The notes: a model not told the origin generated them from the letters alone. Positions 1-10,297 are shown, counted from the stretch's first letter. The stretch: DNA of 64,000 nt from Vulcanimicrobiota bacterium (GCA_963812135.1 CAWETU010000001.1:1280001-1344000); one strand, 5' to 3'. Numbers and translations are program-made.

Positions 1-1001
1 CGCAGCCATTCCGCATGCCGGTAGCGCACGCGGCTGCCGACGCCGTGGTGCATGACCGCCTCTTCCCACAGCGGCATGGTGAAAGGCTGGCCGCGCGCGA
101 TCAGCGCGAGCGCGCGCCCGTCGGGGTGCGGGGCGAAGTGTTCGAGCGTCGGCGCTGCGTCGACGAATCGCCGCGCGGTTTGCGTCGTGGTCGATGGCGC
201 GGTGACGTCGAGCCGCGCCGTCGTATCCGCCTTCGCATCATAAAGGAAGAGATCCGCACCGGCTCCGTAGACGATGCGCTTGCCGTCGGTGGACGGATAG
301 CGGACGTAGTATTCGTCGTGGTCGGTATGGCGACGGAGCTCCGAACCGTCGACGGCGCACGAGTAAAGATTGCCGATCCCCTCGTGATCGGAGAGGAAAT
401 ACACGCGCTCGCCGACCCACATCGGGTTGACGGCGTTGCCGTCGACCGAGAGAAGCTTGGAGAACCGACCCTTGCCTATGGGGTCTGCCCACAGCTCACC
501 GGCGGTCCCGCCGCGATACCGTTTCCATCGAGCAGGGTCGTTGTTGTTGCGTCCGATGAGCGTGGCGCCGTCGCGCGCGATGTCGATCGACAGCATGTGA
601 CCGAGTTCGAGCGAACGGGGCGCGCCGCCGTTGCGGCTGACGGCGAAACCCTCGGTGTGGCGGAGAAACGGCGATCGTCCGTCCGTGACGAATAAGATCT
701 CATCACCGTTTGGATGCCAACCGGCGACGTGACATGTCTCAGAACCGAGATACGTCAGTCGCGTGGCGTCGCCGCCGTCGGCGGACATGACGTAGACTTC
801 AGGATGCCCTTCTTCGCGCCCCACGAACGCGATGAAGCGGCCGTCCGGCGAGAATCTCGGCGACGAGCACTCGCCGACGCCCGCGGTCAGGCGTCGAGCG
901 ACGCCCCCGCTAGCCGCAACCGACCACAGATCGTCCTCGCACACGAAGACGATGGTGTCGCCGGCGATCGTCGGCTGACGATAATAGCCCACGTTGCTCA
1001 T
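1..1001 (-). CDS. Tricorn-protease-like S41 peptidase, N-terminal beta-propeller part (runs off window start)
   Basis: Hand translation from ATG at 1001: MSNVGYYRQPTIAGDTIVFVCEDDLWSV...PRFSPDG...ARWKRYRGGTAGELW, typical tricorn N-terminus. Confidence 0.85.
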   Translation of the reverse strand, partial: MSNVGYYRQPTIAGDTIVFVCEDDLWSVAASGGVARRLTAGVGECSSPRFSPDGRFIAFVGREEGHPEVYVMSADGGDATRLTYLGSETCHVAGWHPNGDEILFVTDGRSPFLRHTEGFAVSRNGGAPRSLELGHMLSIDIARDGATLIGRNNNDPARWKRYRGGTAGELWADPIGKGRFSKLLSVDGNAVNPMWVGERVYFLSDHEGIGNLYSCAVDGSELRRHTDHDEYYVRYPSTDGKRIVYGAGADLFLYDAKADTTARLDVTAPSTTTQTARRFVDAAPTLEHFAPHPDGRALALIARGQPFTMPLWEEAVMHHGVGSRVRYRHAEWL

Positions 1002-1052
1002 AAGAGGCGAGAATTGGCGTGTGCGGGGAGCCGAGCCTTTTCCCGGCGGCGA

Positions 1053-2066
1053 TTATGAGGGCTGGCTGGGCCGCGGCGCGGGCAACACGGGCGCCGCATC
1101 CTGGGTGCCGGATGTCGGGCGGTTACCCGCAAGCATGTCTTGCCAGGCTTTGCTCGCCGCGGGGGCCACAGACTGCAGCGAGTGGGTCGCATCGGGCTGC
1201 TCGTAGTACGTGACGAGCGCACCGTGCGTGCGTAGCCACGCCGCGAGTTGGCGGACGTAGGTCGCGGCGACGCTCTGATCATTCGCGCCTGCGACCAAGT
1301 AGATCGATTTGCCGCGCACGCGACCTGCGACCGCCTCGCTATCGGTCTCGGCTACAGCCCCTTCGATCACCAGCGTTGCCGTCCAGCGGTCGGGCGATTT
1401 CGCAAGTGCCTTGAACGCAGCGAAGCCGCCAAGCGAATCGCCTGCGAGATAGACGCGCCGGCGATCGATGCGCATCGAGTTTTCGACCTGATCGAGCGCC
1501 TGATACAGATCGGCGATGTTCGCGTCGGAGAGCATGTCATCGCCGCCAGCATACGGCGCGACGACGATGCTGCCGGTCGTGTCTGCCAGCGAGCGTACGA
1601 GTGGAGAGGCGATGACGTCCGCCTCGTTTTGGCCTTTCCCGTGAAGGAAGAAGATGAGCGGCGCAGATTTCGCCGCGGCCGCCGGCGACACGTAGACCGC
1701 CATGACGTAGGGTCGCTTTTGCGGACCGATGGCCGGCAGCAGCGCCGGCGAAGCGCCGCGGATTGCGCCCAAGGTCACGTACGTCTGGTTCGCGAGCTGA
1801 TCGATGAGCGCGGCATCGAGTTCGGCCAGGCGCAGAATCGCTTCTGGATCGCCGCCCGCATTGAGCTGCGCGCGAGCGGCTTGCAAGCGCGTCTTGAGCA
1901 GCGCGCTCATCTGCCAGCGCCCGTCGATCGCGGCCGCGTTCGCGTCGAGCTGATGTTGCGCATCGTCCAAGACGACGCGCGCTTGCTCGATCTGCTCGTT
2001 CGGCGTCGCCGCCGATGCGATGCCGGCCGTGAGCGCGAGCGCGGTGATCAGGCTGAAAAATCTCAT
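1053..2066 (-). CDS. Secreted alpha/beta hydrolase (esterase-like)
   Basis: Signal peptide MRFFSLITALALT, FLHGKG motif, GDSLGG nucleophile elbow, C-terminal His. Confidence 0.75.
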   Translation of the reverse strand: MRFFSLITALALTAGIASAATPNEQIEQARVVLDDAQHQLDANAAAIDGRWQMSALLKTRLQAARAQLNAGGDPEAILRLAELDAALIDQLANQTYVTLGAIRGASPALLPAIGPQKRPYVMAVYVSPAAAAKSAPLIFFLHGKGQNEADVIASPLVRSLADTTGSIVVAPYAGGDDMLSDANIADLYQALDQVENSMRIDRRRVYLAGDSLGGFAAFKALAKSPDRWTATLVIEGAVAETDSEAVAGRVRGKSIYLVAGANDQSVAATYVRQLAAWLRTHGALVTYYEQPDATHSLQSVAPAASKAWQDMLAGNRPTSGTQDAAPVLPAPRPSQPS

Positions 2067-2129
2067 CAGCGCGCGTTGTTTTCGCACGCTCTCGCGGGAT
2101 TCATTTTCACGAATTTCGAATGTAGCCGT

Positions 2130-2690
2130 ATGAAAGTTCTGGCTCACGCAGCCGCGGGGGCGACCACGCTCGCACTCATGTGCGCCCTGGGGTCGAGCGC
2201 CTTGGCGAGCATGCCGGCGGACGGTGCTCGCGCGCCGGCGATCCCCGTGCTGCAGTCCGTGTTCGACGGCAATTACGAATCATTCGATCTTGCAAAGGCG
2301 TCGGCCGGCAGGACCGTGGTGCTCTACTTCTTCCCCAAAGCGTTCACCGAGGGCTGAACGATCGAGGCGAAAGCCTACGCCGCCAGGCTGGCGGACTTCC
2401 AGAAGCTGGGCGCGACGGTCGTCGGGATCTCCAACGATCCGCTCGATGTCTTGAAGAAGTTCCAGACCGAAGAAAAAGCGCCGCAGCGCTTCGTCTCTGA
2501 CCCAAAGAACGACGCCGTCAACGCGTTCGATGTCTCGCTCACCGATCAGAACGAGGTCTATGCCAAACGCGCGACGTTCGTCATCCGCGACGGGACTGTG
2601 CTCCACACGGTATTCGATTGGAGCCCGCTGGGAAACGTCAGCAAGACGCTCGAGTGGCTGACGGCGCATCCACAAAAAGATGCACAGTGA
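2130..2690 (+). CDS. Secreted peroxiredoxin (BCP/PrxQ-like), selenocysteine at in-frame TGA 2355-2357
   Basis: VVLYFFPKAFTEG-TGA-TIEAKAY...KRATFVI continues in frame; the TGA occupies the peroxidatic Cys position of PxxxTxxC. Confidence 0.9.
2365..2394 (+). promoter_or_regulatory. Candidate bacterial SECIS hairpin(s)
   Basis: CCGCCA-GGC-TGGCGG (2380-2394), G-initiated loop 28 nt after the UGA; also AGGC-GAAA-GCCT (2365-2376). Confidence 0.6.
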
Positions 2691-3211
2691 TAGATAGAGG
2701 CGCTGCGCTCGCGCGCGCAGTCTCTCTGTTCGCTCTGGTGTGCCTCGCGGCGCTTGCCCCTGCCGGCGCGGCGTCGAAGCCGCCGCTTGCAGGTACGCAG
2801 GCGCCTGCCATCGCGCTCCCGATCATCGTCAATGGAAGCGGCAGCTTCGTGCTCGCGCAGCAGCGCGGCCACGGCGTCTATCTGAATTTCTTCTCGTCGT
2901 GGTGCAAGCCGTGCGCGCAAGAGGTCACGACGATCGAAGCCGTCACACGCGAGCTTCCCACCGACGGCCCGCGAGTCGTCGGCATCGCCGTGCTGGATTC
3001 GCAGGCGAGCGCGCTAGCATTTGTCCAAAGTCATGGGGTTCGTTATCCAATCGTCTTCGATCGATCGGGCGACGTCGGAGCTGCGTATCGGCTCACCAAA
3101 CTACCGCTGCACGTGTTCATCGGGCCGGATGGGGTGATCAAGCAGTACGTGGAAGGCGGACCGATCTCGGCGGCGGAGTTGCGCGCGGGGCTGTCGCAGA
3201 TCGCCCACTAG
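2687..3211 (+). CDS. TlpA-like thioredoxin (exported)
   Basis: LNFFSSWCKPC motif, signal peptide, GTGA overlap with the peroxiredoxin stop. Confidence 0.85.
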   Translation: MIDRGAALARAVSLFALVCLAALAPAGAASKPPLAGTQAPAIALPIIVNGSGSFVLAQQRGHGVYLNFFSSWCKPCAQEVTTIEAVTRELPTDGPRVVGIAVLDSQASALAFVQSHGVRYPIVFDRSGDVGAAYRLTKLPLHVFIGPDGVIKQYVEGGPISAAELRAGLSQIAH

Positions 3212-3242
3212 GATTTTTCCGGCGTTCGCGAAACCGCCCGGC

Positions 3243-4076
3243 ATGTACGATCTGTTCGCACACGCTCCCGGTTGGTTTGTGCTCGCGATCTTCATGCTGG
3301 TGCCGGCGTTGACCGCCGTCGCGCTTCACACGATCTTCCGACGGATCGTCCCCGCGAGCGTCCTCATCCCGCATCATGACGTCGCCGGTTTTCTGGTGGC
3401 GATCGTCGGCGTGCTGTATGCGGTGATGCTCGGGTTTCTCGTCATCACCGTCTGGAATTCGTTCGACCAAGCACAGCGCAATGCAGACGCTGAGACGACC
3501 GCAATCGCGGATGTTCTGTACTTGACTCGGGCGCTGCCGGACCCCGAGCGTTCGCGCGAACGCGAGCTGCTCGGCGCCTACGCGCACGAGGTGCGCGACG
3601 TCGAATGGCCGATGCTGGCGGACGGACAGGAGGACCTTCGGGCGCGCAGGCTCTTAGCCGCGGCGCTGAACGTGATCGCGGCGAGCGAGATCCCGCCCAG
3701 CACCCGACAAACGGAGATGCTGCGGCAATCGTCGTTACGCGATGCGGCGCTCGGCAGCTTCCGCGATGTCACCGCGGAGCGCCGTCTTCGCATCCTCGAC
3801 GCGCAGAGCCAGGTCCAGCCGACGATGTACGTCGCACTGATCGCGGGCGGGCTTATCCTGCTCGCGTTCGTCTTTCTTTTCGGAGTGGACAACTGGATGC
3901 TTCAGTCGGTGATGACGGCGCTCGTGGCTGCGATGATCGGTTTGCAGATCGGCGTCATCTTCGAGATGGATCGCCCGTTTTGGGGTGCGATCCACGTGAC
4001 TTCAGACGCGTGGTCGCTGCTGATCCAAGACAATCATCTGGTGAGGTTTCAGGACACCGGATCGGCACCGCCCTAG
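3243..4076 (+). CDS. Membrane protein, DUF4239-like
   Basis: GVLYAVMLGFLVITVW and MDRPFWG patterns, several TM segments. Confidence 0.7.
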   Translation: MYDLFAHAPGWFVLAIFMLVPALTAVALHTIFRRIVPASVLIPHHDVAGFLVAIVGVLYAVMLGFLVITVWNSFDQAQRNADAETTAIADVLYLTRALPDPERSRERELLGAYAHEVRDVEWPMLADGQEDLRARRLLAAALNVIAASEIPPSTRQTEMLRQSSLRDAALGSFRDVTAERRLRILDAQSQVQPTMYVALIAGGLILLAFVFLFGVDNWMLQSVMTALVAAMIGLQIGVIFEMDRPFWGAIHVTSDAWSLLIQDNHLVRFQDTGSAPP

Positions 4077-4273
4077 TCGAGATCTTTTTGGTGATCGATG
4101 TTCCATTCTTTGGTGGTCGGCAGCCGCTGCAGATCGTCTTCGGTGAAATGCCGCTCGACAAGCTCGTCTTTGTGGTGGAAGCGGACGACGATCGAGCGCG
4201 TGCGCACCTCGATGACCTCGCCTTCGACGCCGAGGTTGCGTATGAGGACCTTGTCGCCGTGCCGAAATTTCAT
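4073..4273 (-). CDS. Small hypothetical protein (KOW/SH3-like)
   Basis: MKFRHGDKVLI..GVEGEVIEV; GGGGTG upstream. Confidence 0.55.
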   Translation of the reverse strand: MKFRHGDKVLIRNLGVEGEVIEVRTRSIVVRFHHKDELVERHFTEDDLQRLPTTKEWNIDHQKDLD

Positions 4274-4366
4274 ACTGCCATCACCCCTACTCGAGCCAAT
4301 GCCTTGGATACCGGTTTGGGGCTTTCCGCTCTTGGAAAAACACTAGCCAAAGGAGAATAAGGCCGG

Positions 4367-5263
4367 ATGAAATACCGCGCACTCGGCCAGACCGGCGAGC
4401 GGGTCTCGATTGTCGGCGTCGGAGGCTTCCATTTGAGCAAGCCTGCGGATCCACAGATCGCGATCCGCATCGTGCGCACGGCGCTGGATAACGGCATCAA
4501 CTTTCTCGACAACAGCTGGGACTATGGCGAAGGCGAAAGCGAACGCCGGATGGGTATGGCGCTGCGCGACGGCTATCGCGAGAAAGCGTTCCTGATGACC
4601 AAGATCGATGGCCGCACCGCCGAAAGCGCGGCCACGCAGCTCGAAGAGTCGCTGGAGCGCCTTCAGACCGACCACGTAGACCTCTTGCAATTTCACGAAG
4701 TGATCCGCATGGAGGATCCCGATCGCATCTTCGCGCCCGGCGGGGCGCTGGAAGCCGTGCTCCGAGCGCGGGATCAAGGAAAGGTGCGCTACATAGGCTT
4801 CACCGGTCACAAGAGTCCCGAGATCCACAAGCACATGCTCGAGCGCGCAGAACAGCATAACTTCCGCTTCGCCACATTGCAGATGCCGCTCAACGTCATG
4901 GATGCGCACTACCACAGCTTCGAGCACATCGTGCTACCCATAGCGACGCAGAAGCAGATGGGCGTTCTCGGCATGAAGCCGATGGGCGATCCGTTTATCC
5001 TGGACAGCCACGCCGTCAGCGCGCCCGAGTGCCTGCGCTATGCGATGAGCCTGCCGGTGAGCGTGACGATCACGGGGATCGATTCTATGGAGATCCTACA
5101 ACAGGCGCTCGACGTGGCCGATCATTTCGAACCGTTGACGGCGCAAGAACGAACGGCGCTGCTCGCAAAGACGGCAGTGGCTGCCGCGAATGGCCAATTC
5201 GAGCGCTACAAAGCGACCCAGCACTTCGACAGCACCGCGCTGCATCCCGAATGGCTCGGTTGA
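4367..5263 (+). CDS. Aldo/keto reductase
   Basis: GINFLDNSWDYG, FLMTKID, DLLQFH, GKVRYIGFTGH; AAGGAG RBS. Confidence 0.9.
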   Translation: MKYRALGQTGERVSIVGVGGFHLSKPADPQIAIRIVRTALDNGINFLDNSWDYGEGESERRMGMALRDGYREKAFLMTKIDGRTAESAATQLEESLERLQTDHVDLLQFHEVIRMEDPDRIFAPGGALEAVLRARDQGKVRYIGFTGHKSPEIHKHMLERAEQHNFRFATLQMPLNVMDAHYHSFEHIVLPIATQKQMGVLGMKPMGDPFILDSHAVSAPECLRYAMSLPVSVTITGIDSMEILQQALDVADHFEPLTAQERTALLAKTAVAAANGQFERYKATQHFDSTALHPEWLG

Positions 5264-5361
5264 CGCGACGGCCTCTCACCACACTTTCGGCTGGGTTTAC
5301 GAAACAGACGTCTTAGTCTATGATCACCATCTGATCTCGACTCTCCGGAAGGATAGGATCC

Positions 5362-7347
5362 GTGACGATCAATCAAATGGATCTGGCTTCACCGGTTTCA
5401 CCGGTTGAGACGCGCGAAGAGCTCCTTTACCTGCTCACCAGAGCGTCGGAATTGGAGCACAATCTCGCCTGCGTCTATTTGTACGCCGGCTACTCGCTGA
5501 AGAATCATGTCGATGAGGGCGGTGTGACGCCGGAAGAGCTGGAGATCGTGCGCACGTGGAAGCGCAATCTCGCCGGCGTCGCCGTCGAGGAGATGCTTCA
5601 TCTCGCGCAAGTCTCAAATATCCTGACGGCGGTCGGGGGCGCTCCGCATTTCGCCCGCTCGAACTTCCCGATGCCTGCCTCGACCTATCCCTTCGGCATC
5701 GCGCTGACGCTTGAGCCGTTCTCAAAGGCGTTGATCGAGCGGTTCGTATGCTACGAGCTGCCGGAAAAGGGCGTCCTACCGGAGGATCGCGCAGCCTTCT
5801 ATGACGAGATCCGGGGCCGCGTGGCGGTTGACTTCGACCGAGTCGAGGCGATTCGCGCGCAAAACGCGCTCGAGCCATTCGACATCGACTTCCGCACCGT
5901 CGGCGAATTCTATCATAAGATCGAGAGCGCGTTCCGCTGCATTCCGCAGGAACGCCTTTTCATCGGGCCCCCGGAAGCGCAAGCGAATCCCAAGTATCTC
6001 GACCTGCCGGGTGAGCTGGTCGAGGTGACGGACGCAGCTTCGGCGGCTCGCGCCATCGAGATGATCATCGAACAGGGAGAGTCACCGACCAGCGAACACC
6101 CCGACGCGCACTTCGTGGTCTTCGACTCGATTCGCAAAGAATACGAAGACCTGTGCGCGCGCGCCAAAGCGGCCGGCAGAGTTTTCGATCCGGTGCGTCC
6201 CCTGATCAGCAACCCGACGACTCGCGGCTACGCCGACGCTCCCGGTTCGAACCGCATCACGGATGCGACCGCGCAAGAGCTTGCGGAGCTGTTCAACGGG
6301 ACATACGATTTGATGCTGATGATGCTCTTGCGGTTCTTCGCTCATGAAGGCGAGACTGAAGAGCAGTTCCGGTTACTCGCGCGCGGCACTTTGCGCATCA
6401 TGGCATCGGTGCTGCGCCCGCTCGGCGAGGCGCTCGCGAAGACACCCGCAGGACCGGAGTACCCCGGCAAAGCCGCCGGTCCCGGGTTTGGATTCAACCG
6501 CAGCATCCATCTGCTGTCGCATCGGCAGTCGGCGTGGATATTCTTCCTTGAACGGCTCTATGATCTGGCGGCGCGGTTGACGCAGCTGGCCGACGACGCG
6601 GCGATGCCGCCGGAGGTGCAGGAGGCGGCGGCCGCGCTCGAATCGGTGGCCGAGCACCTGACGCCATTCATCCCGCAGGACTTCGCGCAGACGATCCGCG
6701 GCAGCTGCACCGAACGCAACGCGCGTACAAGCGTTCGTCCGGAGTTGAACGGGCCGTTGATCGTCCGCAATCTGCGTAACCTCACCAATTCAAAGGGCGA
6801 GGTCTTGCGAACCCGTCCGATCGTCGCGCTCTGCCGCTGCGGAGGATCGAATCTCAAACCGTATTGCGACGGCACGCATGCGCGCAACGGCTTCGCGAGC
6901 GCGAAATCTCCCAACCGGACGAAGGATCGCTTGGACAGCTACGAGGGGGTTGGGATCACGGTGCGTGACAACCGCGGCACGTGCTGCCATTTCGGGAACT
7001 GCACGGACCATTTGCCGCAGGTGTTCCATGCGACCGGCGAGCCGTTCGTGACGGCGAAAGGCGCAGATGCAGATACCATCGAGGCCATCGTGCGCCAATG
7101 CCCGTCAGGCGCCCTCGGCTTTGTCCGCAACGGAACCGCCTATCAAGGCGAGCAGCGCGAGCCGGGGATCTACGTCGCGAACAACGCGAGCTATTATGTC
7201 CGCGGTGGGATTGAGTTGGAGGGTGAGCTGAAGAATGAGGGCGCCAACAGCGAACACTACGCGCTCTGTCGCTGTGGCCAATCGAAGAACAAGCCGTTCT
7301 GCGATGGGACCCATTGGTGGGTCAAGTTCAACGACCCCGATAACTAG
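5362..7347 (+). CDS. Ferritin-like (VioB C-terminal type) domain fused to two CDGSH Fe-S domains and a divergent 4Fe-4S domain
   Basis: ELEH..YLYA, EEMLH, IIEQGE, HF; LCRCGGSNLKPYCDGTH; CCHFGNC..CPSGAL; LCRCGQSKNKPFCDGTH. Confidence 0.8.
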   Translation: MTINQMDLASPVSPVETREELLYLLTRASELEHNLACVYLYAGYSLKNHVDEGGVTPEELEIVRTWKRNLAGVAVEEMLHLAQVSNILTAVGGAPHFARSNFPMPASTYPFGIALTLEPFSKALIERFVCYELPEKGVLPEDRAAFYDEIRGRVAVDFDRVEAIRAQNALEPFDIDFRTVGEFYHKIESAFRCIPQERLFIGPPEAQANPKYLDLPGELVEVTDAASAARAIEMIIEQGESPTSEHPDAHFVVFDSIRKEYEDLCARAKAAGRVFDPVRPLISNPTTRGYADAPGSNRITDATAQELAELFNGTYDLMLMMLLRFFAHEGETEEQFRLLARGTLRIMASVLRPLGEALAKTPAGPEYPGKAAGPGFGFNRSIHLLSHRQSAWIFFLERLYDLAARLTQLADDAAMPPEVQEAAAALESVAEHLTPFIPQDFAQTIRGSCTERNARTSVRPELNGPLIVRNLRNLTNSKGEVLRTRPIVALCRCGGSNLKPYCDGTHARNGFASAKSPNRTKDRLDSYEGVGITVRDNRGTCCHFGNCTDHLPQVFHATGEPFVTAKGADADTIEAIVRQCPSGALGFVRNGTAYQGEQREPGIYVANNASYYVRGGIELEGELKNEGANSEHYALCRCGQSKNKPFCDGTHWWVKFNDPDN

Positions 7348-7506
7348 GAATCCGGAAAAGACGGAAATAGCGCAATAACTTTGCGACTTTGGTTCGAAGG
7401 TCGTTCCGTCAGAGCCGCGAAAACGCCCGGCCACAAGCGCTGCCCTCGGTAGAGACTCGCTTTTGCTGCTTGGTCGGCATCATTGTATGCTGGGAGCGTA
7501 GTCGCC

Positions 7507-8754
7507 ATGCACGTTGCACGCTTCGCCGCGGCGGTTTTCGTCGTTGCGTTCCTCCTCTGGGGCGCCGGCGCAAACGCTGCCGATTTCGGCAGTCCGCCCT
7601 CCGGTCAGATCCCGATCCTCTACAACGATCAGCATGTCTACGCGAAGCCCGACGTGTTGCGCGCCGGCCGCGTGCTCGCTGCGTTGGTGAAGAACGGCGA
7701 GATCCTCGTGCCGTTGCGCAGTATGTTCGAGTCGATGGGCGCCACCGTCAGTTATGACGCCAAAGCCAAGAGCTTCACCATCCAACGCAGTGGCGCGAGC
7801 ATTCAGCTGGCGCTCGGCAGCAAATCGGCGATCATCAATGGCGAGACGCGCCCGCTCGACCAGGGCCCCATGATGTACCAAGGCGTTGCGCTGGTGCCGA
7901 TCCGGGTTATCTCGGAGACCATGGGCGCGTACGTCCAATGGGTGCAGGAGCGGCGCATCGCGGTGGTACGCTATCTTCCGCCCACGCCTGTCCCGACGGC
8001 GCCGCCGACTCTAGCGCCGACCGCACCGCCGACTCTAGCGCCGACGGCGCCTCCAACACCCACACCGACGAAAGCCCCGTATCAGTTCTTCGTCCAGGCC
8101 GGTTTCGCGGGCGGTAGAAACTTCAACGAGTTTGTGGACGGCGCATACTGCTTCCGGAACACGTATGTCGCGTCCGGCGCGTGGGTCCCCAAGAATTCGC
8201 CGTTCGCACTCAAGGTCGATTTCCGTCAGGATGCATACGTCACCGCCGATAACTTCGTCGACTCGGCCGGCGACCATTGGACGATCTTCAACACCGTCGA
8301 TGGGCTCGTCGACGCAGCGCCCGTGTTCTTAGGCAAGCAGACGACGCTGGACGGCCGGCTCGAGTACGAGATCTTCCAGCCGCACGTCTATGTGGGCGTC
8401 GGCTACTTGACGACGTCCACGAGCTACGGATATCCGCATCTCAACGGCGTGGGCTTCGGGGCGGAAAAGCTGCCCGACTTCACGTCGTCGCTCAGCTATT
8501 ACGGCTCGATGTACTACTACCCGAGCACGACCGGCAACTATACGATCCCCCAAGTGGCGAGCCCGAATTTCGGCGTGACGTACAAGCAGCAGTATTCGAT
8601 TCTCAAGTACGACGTAGGGCTTGCACTGTCCGAGAAACGCTTCCCCGTATACCTGTACGGCGGCTGGAGCGGCAATACGTATTACGCGAGGGCTAATGCG
8701 CCGATAGGTCAGTCGCACAACGGCCCCTACATCGGCCTCGGCGTTCGGTTCTAG
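7507..8754 (+). CDS. Secreted stalk/copper amine oxidase N-terminal domain protein with beta-barrel-like C-terminus
   Basis: LVPLRSMFESMGATVSYD and LVPIRVISETMGA repeats, Pro/Thr linker, terminal YIGLGVRF. Confidence 0.7.
   Translation: MHVARFAAAVFVVAFLLWGAGANAADFGSPPSGQIPILYNDQHVYAKPDVLRAGRVLAALVKNGEILVPLRSMFESMGATVSYDAKAKSFTIQRSGASIQLALGSKSAIINGETRPLDQGPMMYQGVALVPIRVISETMGAYVQWVQERRIAVVRYLPPTPVPTAPPTLAPTAPPTLAPTAPPTPTPTKAPYQFFVQAGFAGGRNFNEFVDGAYCFRNTYVASGAWVPKNSPFALKVDFRQDAYVTADNFVDSAGDHWTIFNTVDGLVDAAPVFLGKQTTLDGRLEYEIFQPHVYVGVGYLTTSTSYGYPHLNGVGFGAEKLPDFTSSLSYYGSMYYYPSTTGNYTIPQVASPNFGVTYKQQYSILKYDVGLALSEKRFPVYLYGGWSGNTYYARANAPIGQSHNGPYIGLGVRF
7980..8070 (+). repeat. Coding tandem repeat (PTLAPTAP), Pro/Thr linker
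   Basis: About 24-bp units ccgactctagcgccgac. Confidence 0.8.
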
Positions 8755-8775
8755 ATCGGCAGAGGTGCAAAGACG

Positions 8776-10242
8776 ATGCGAGAGATGATACACTCGGCTC
8801 GACACAAGCTCATCGGCGTGCTCGCGACGATCGCGATCGCCTTCCTCGCCGGTTGCAGCTGCAACAATTGCAGCGTGCCCATGGGCGCCCCGGGCGGCGG
8901 CCTGCCGCCGGGCGTGCTCAAGTGCACGGCCAGCGGCACCGGCGCCATCGGCGTCATCTGCACCAGCGGCAAGACCTACGCGTTCGTCGGCAAAGGCAAC
9001 GCAGGCAGTAGCACTGTCGAGCAGATCGATATCTCCGCGGGCGCGTTGAAGGCTGCGGCCTCGTCCGCGCGCGTGGTACAGTCCGCGTCGCGACCCGTCC
9101 AACAGGATGGCGGGTCACGTGCCAACGGACGCAGTGGTCAGACTGCTCCAATCCTAGGATTGCAGCCCGCGACCGTGACGAAGCAGGCTGCGCCCGCCAC
9201 AAGCTCGATCGTCCACACGTACGCGCTTTCGTTCGCGGCCACGGAATGCGCGTCCGACGAGGGGAATCTGCGCGTTTTCTGCGCGGCCTACGGCGCCTCG
9301 AAGATCGCCGATATCATGGTGGCCGCCCAAACGGATACCGAGTTCGACACGTTAGCGACCGGAACGTTGGGCTTCACCGGCGGTTCATGCACCATTTGCG
9401 ACATCGCTTACGATCCCACTGACAACGCGTTCCTCATCCTCGTGCCGGGCCCGAGCGGAGGGTTATTCCAGCGATGGGGTGAGAACTCGCACACCTCCAC
9501 CGCGTCGGTCGCGGTGTCCGACCCGAATGAGAATTGGGGCTATGACTACGTGAAGAACTGGGTCTTCACACCCCAATACAACACGACGCCGCCGGCGCTG
9601 CAGATCATCGACTTCACGACCTCCACGCTGTACACGTCGTCGACGACCTTCCCGATGATCGTCACGCCTGACTCGGGCAATGTTGACGTTTCGACGCACG
9701 TCGCAATCACGCCCAACGAGTTCAACCCGCCTGATGTGTTCACGACCGCGGATCTTGGCACGGCAGTCCTCAACAGCCCGTCAGCCGGCATGTTCACCGT
9801 ATCGGGCAGCTCGCAAACGCTGACGATCAACCTGCTCGGCACGTGCGGCGCGGACGACACCGACATCGCGACCGATTCGGTGCTGCATCTGGAATTCGTC
9901 ACCGGCGAGTTCTGCGACGGCGGCATGGAGCGCATGGGTTTCGTGCTGCTGCCCACCTCGAGCAGCGGCTTGGCGATCTCCGACTACGCGTTTGTGAAGA
10001 TACCCAACACGCCGGACGCGAAGCCGTGGGATGCCGCCCACGACCCGCACCCGATCGCCGCGTTCAACGATCCGGCCAACTGTCCTGACTGCGCCGTCAT
10101 CGTGAATCGCGAAGTCACCTGGCTTGCCGTCATCGATCTGAAGAAGCTGATGGCGGCGCCGCGCAGCGCCACCGATCCGCACGCGATCGACCCGACGTAC
10201 GACCTGCAAACGAACGGGGTACTCGCCTACTACGGGATCTGA
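8776..10242 (+). CDS. Cys-rich lipoprotein, hypothetical
   Basis: Lipobox FLAGC; CSCNNC, CTIC and CPDC motifs. Confidence 0.65.
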   Translation: MREMIHSARHKLIGVLATIAIAFLAGCSCNNCSVPMGAPGGGLPPGVLKCTASGTGAIGVICTSGKTYAFVGKGNAGSSTVEQIDISAGALKAAASSARVVQSASRPVQQDGGSRANGRSGQTAPILGLQPATVTKQAAPATSSIVHTYALSFAATECASDEGNLRVFCAAYGASKIADIMVAAQTDTEFDTLATGTLGFTGGSCTICDIAYDPTDNAFLILVPGPSGGLFQRWGENSHTSTASVAVSDPNENWGYDYVKNWVFTPQYNTTPPALQIIDFTTSTLYTSSTTFPMIVTPDSGNVDVSTHVAITPNEFNPPDVFTTADLGTAVLNSPSAGMFTVSGSSQTLTINLLGTCGADDTDIATDSVLHLEFVTGEFCDGGMERMGFVLLPTSSSGLAISDYAFVKIPNTPDAKPWDAAHDPHPIAAFNDPANCPDCAVIVNREVTWLAVIDLKKLMAAPRSATDPHAIDPTYDLQTNGVLAYYGI

Positions 10243-10297
10243 CGAGTCCTATCGGCGTCGCCACTTGAAACCCGCACCGCGTAAAAGCGTTGCGGGT
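10243..10297 (+). repeat. Degenerate tRNA-Asp 3'-end/att copy upstream of the intact tRNA
   Basis: cgagtcctatcggcgtcgcca-cttgaaacccgc; its downstream hairpin matches the one after the 20082 copy. Confidence 0.7.
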
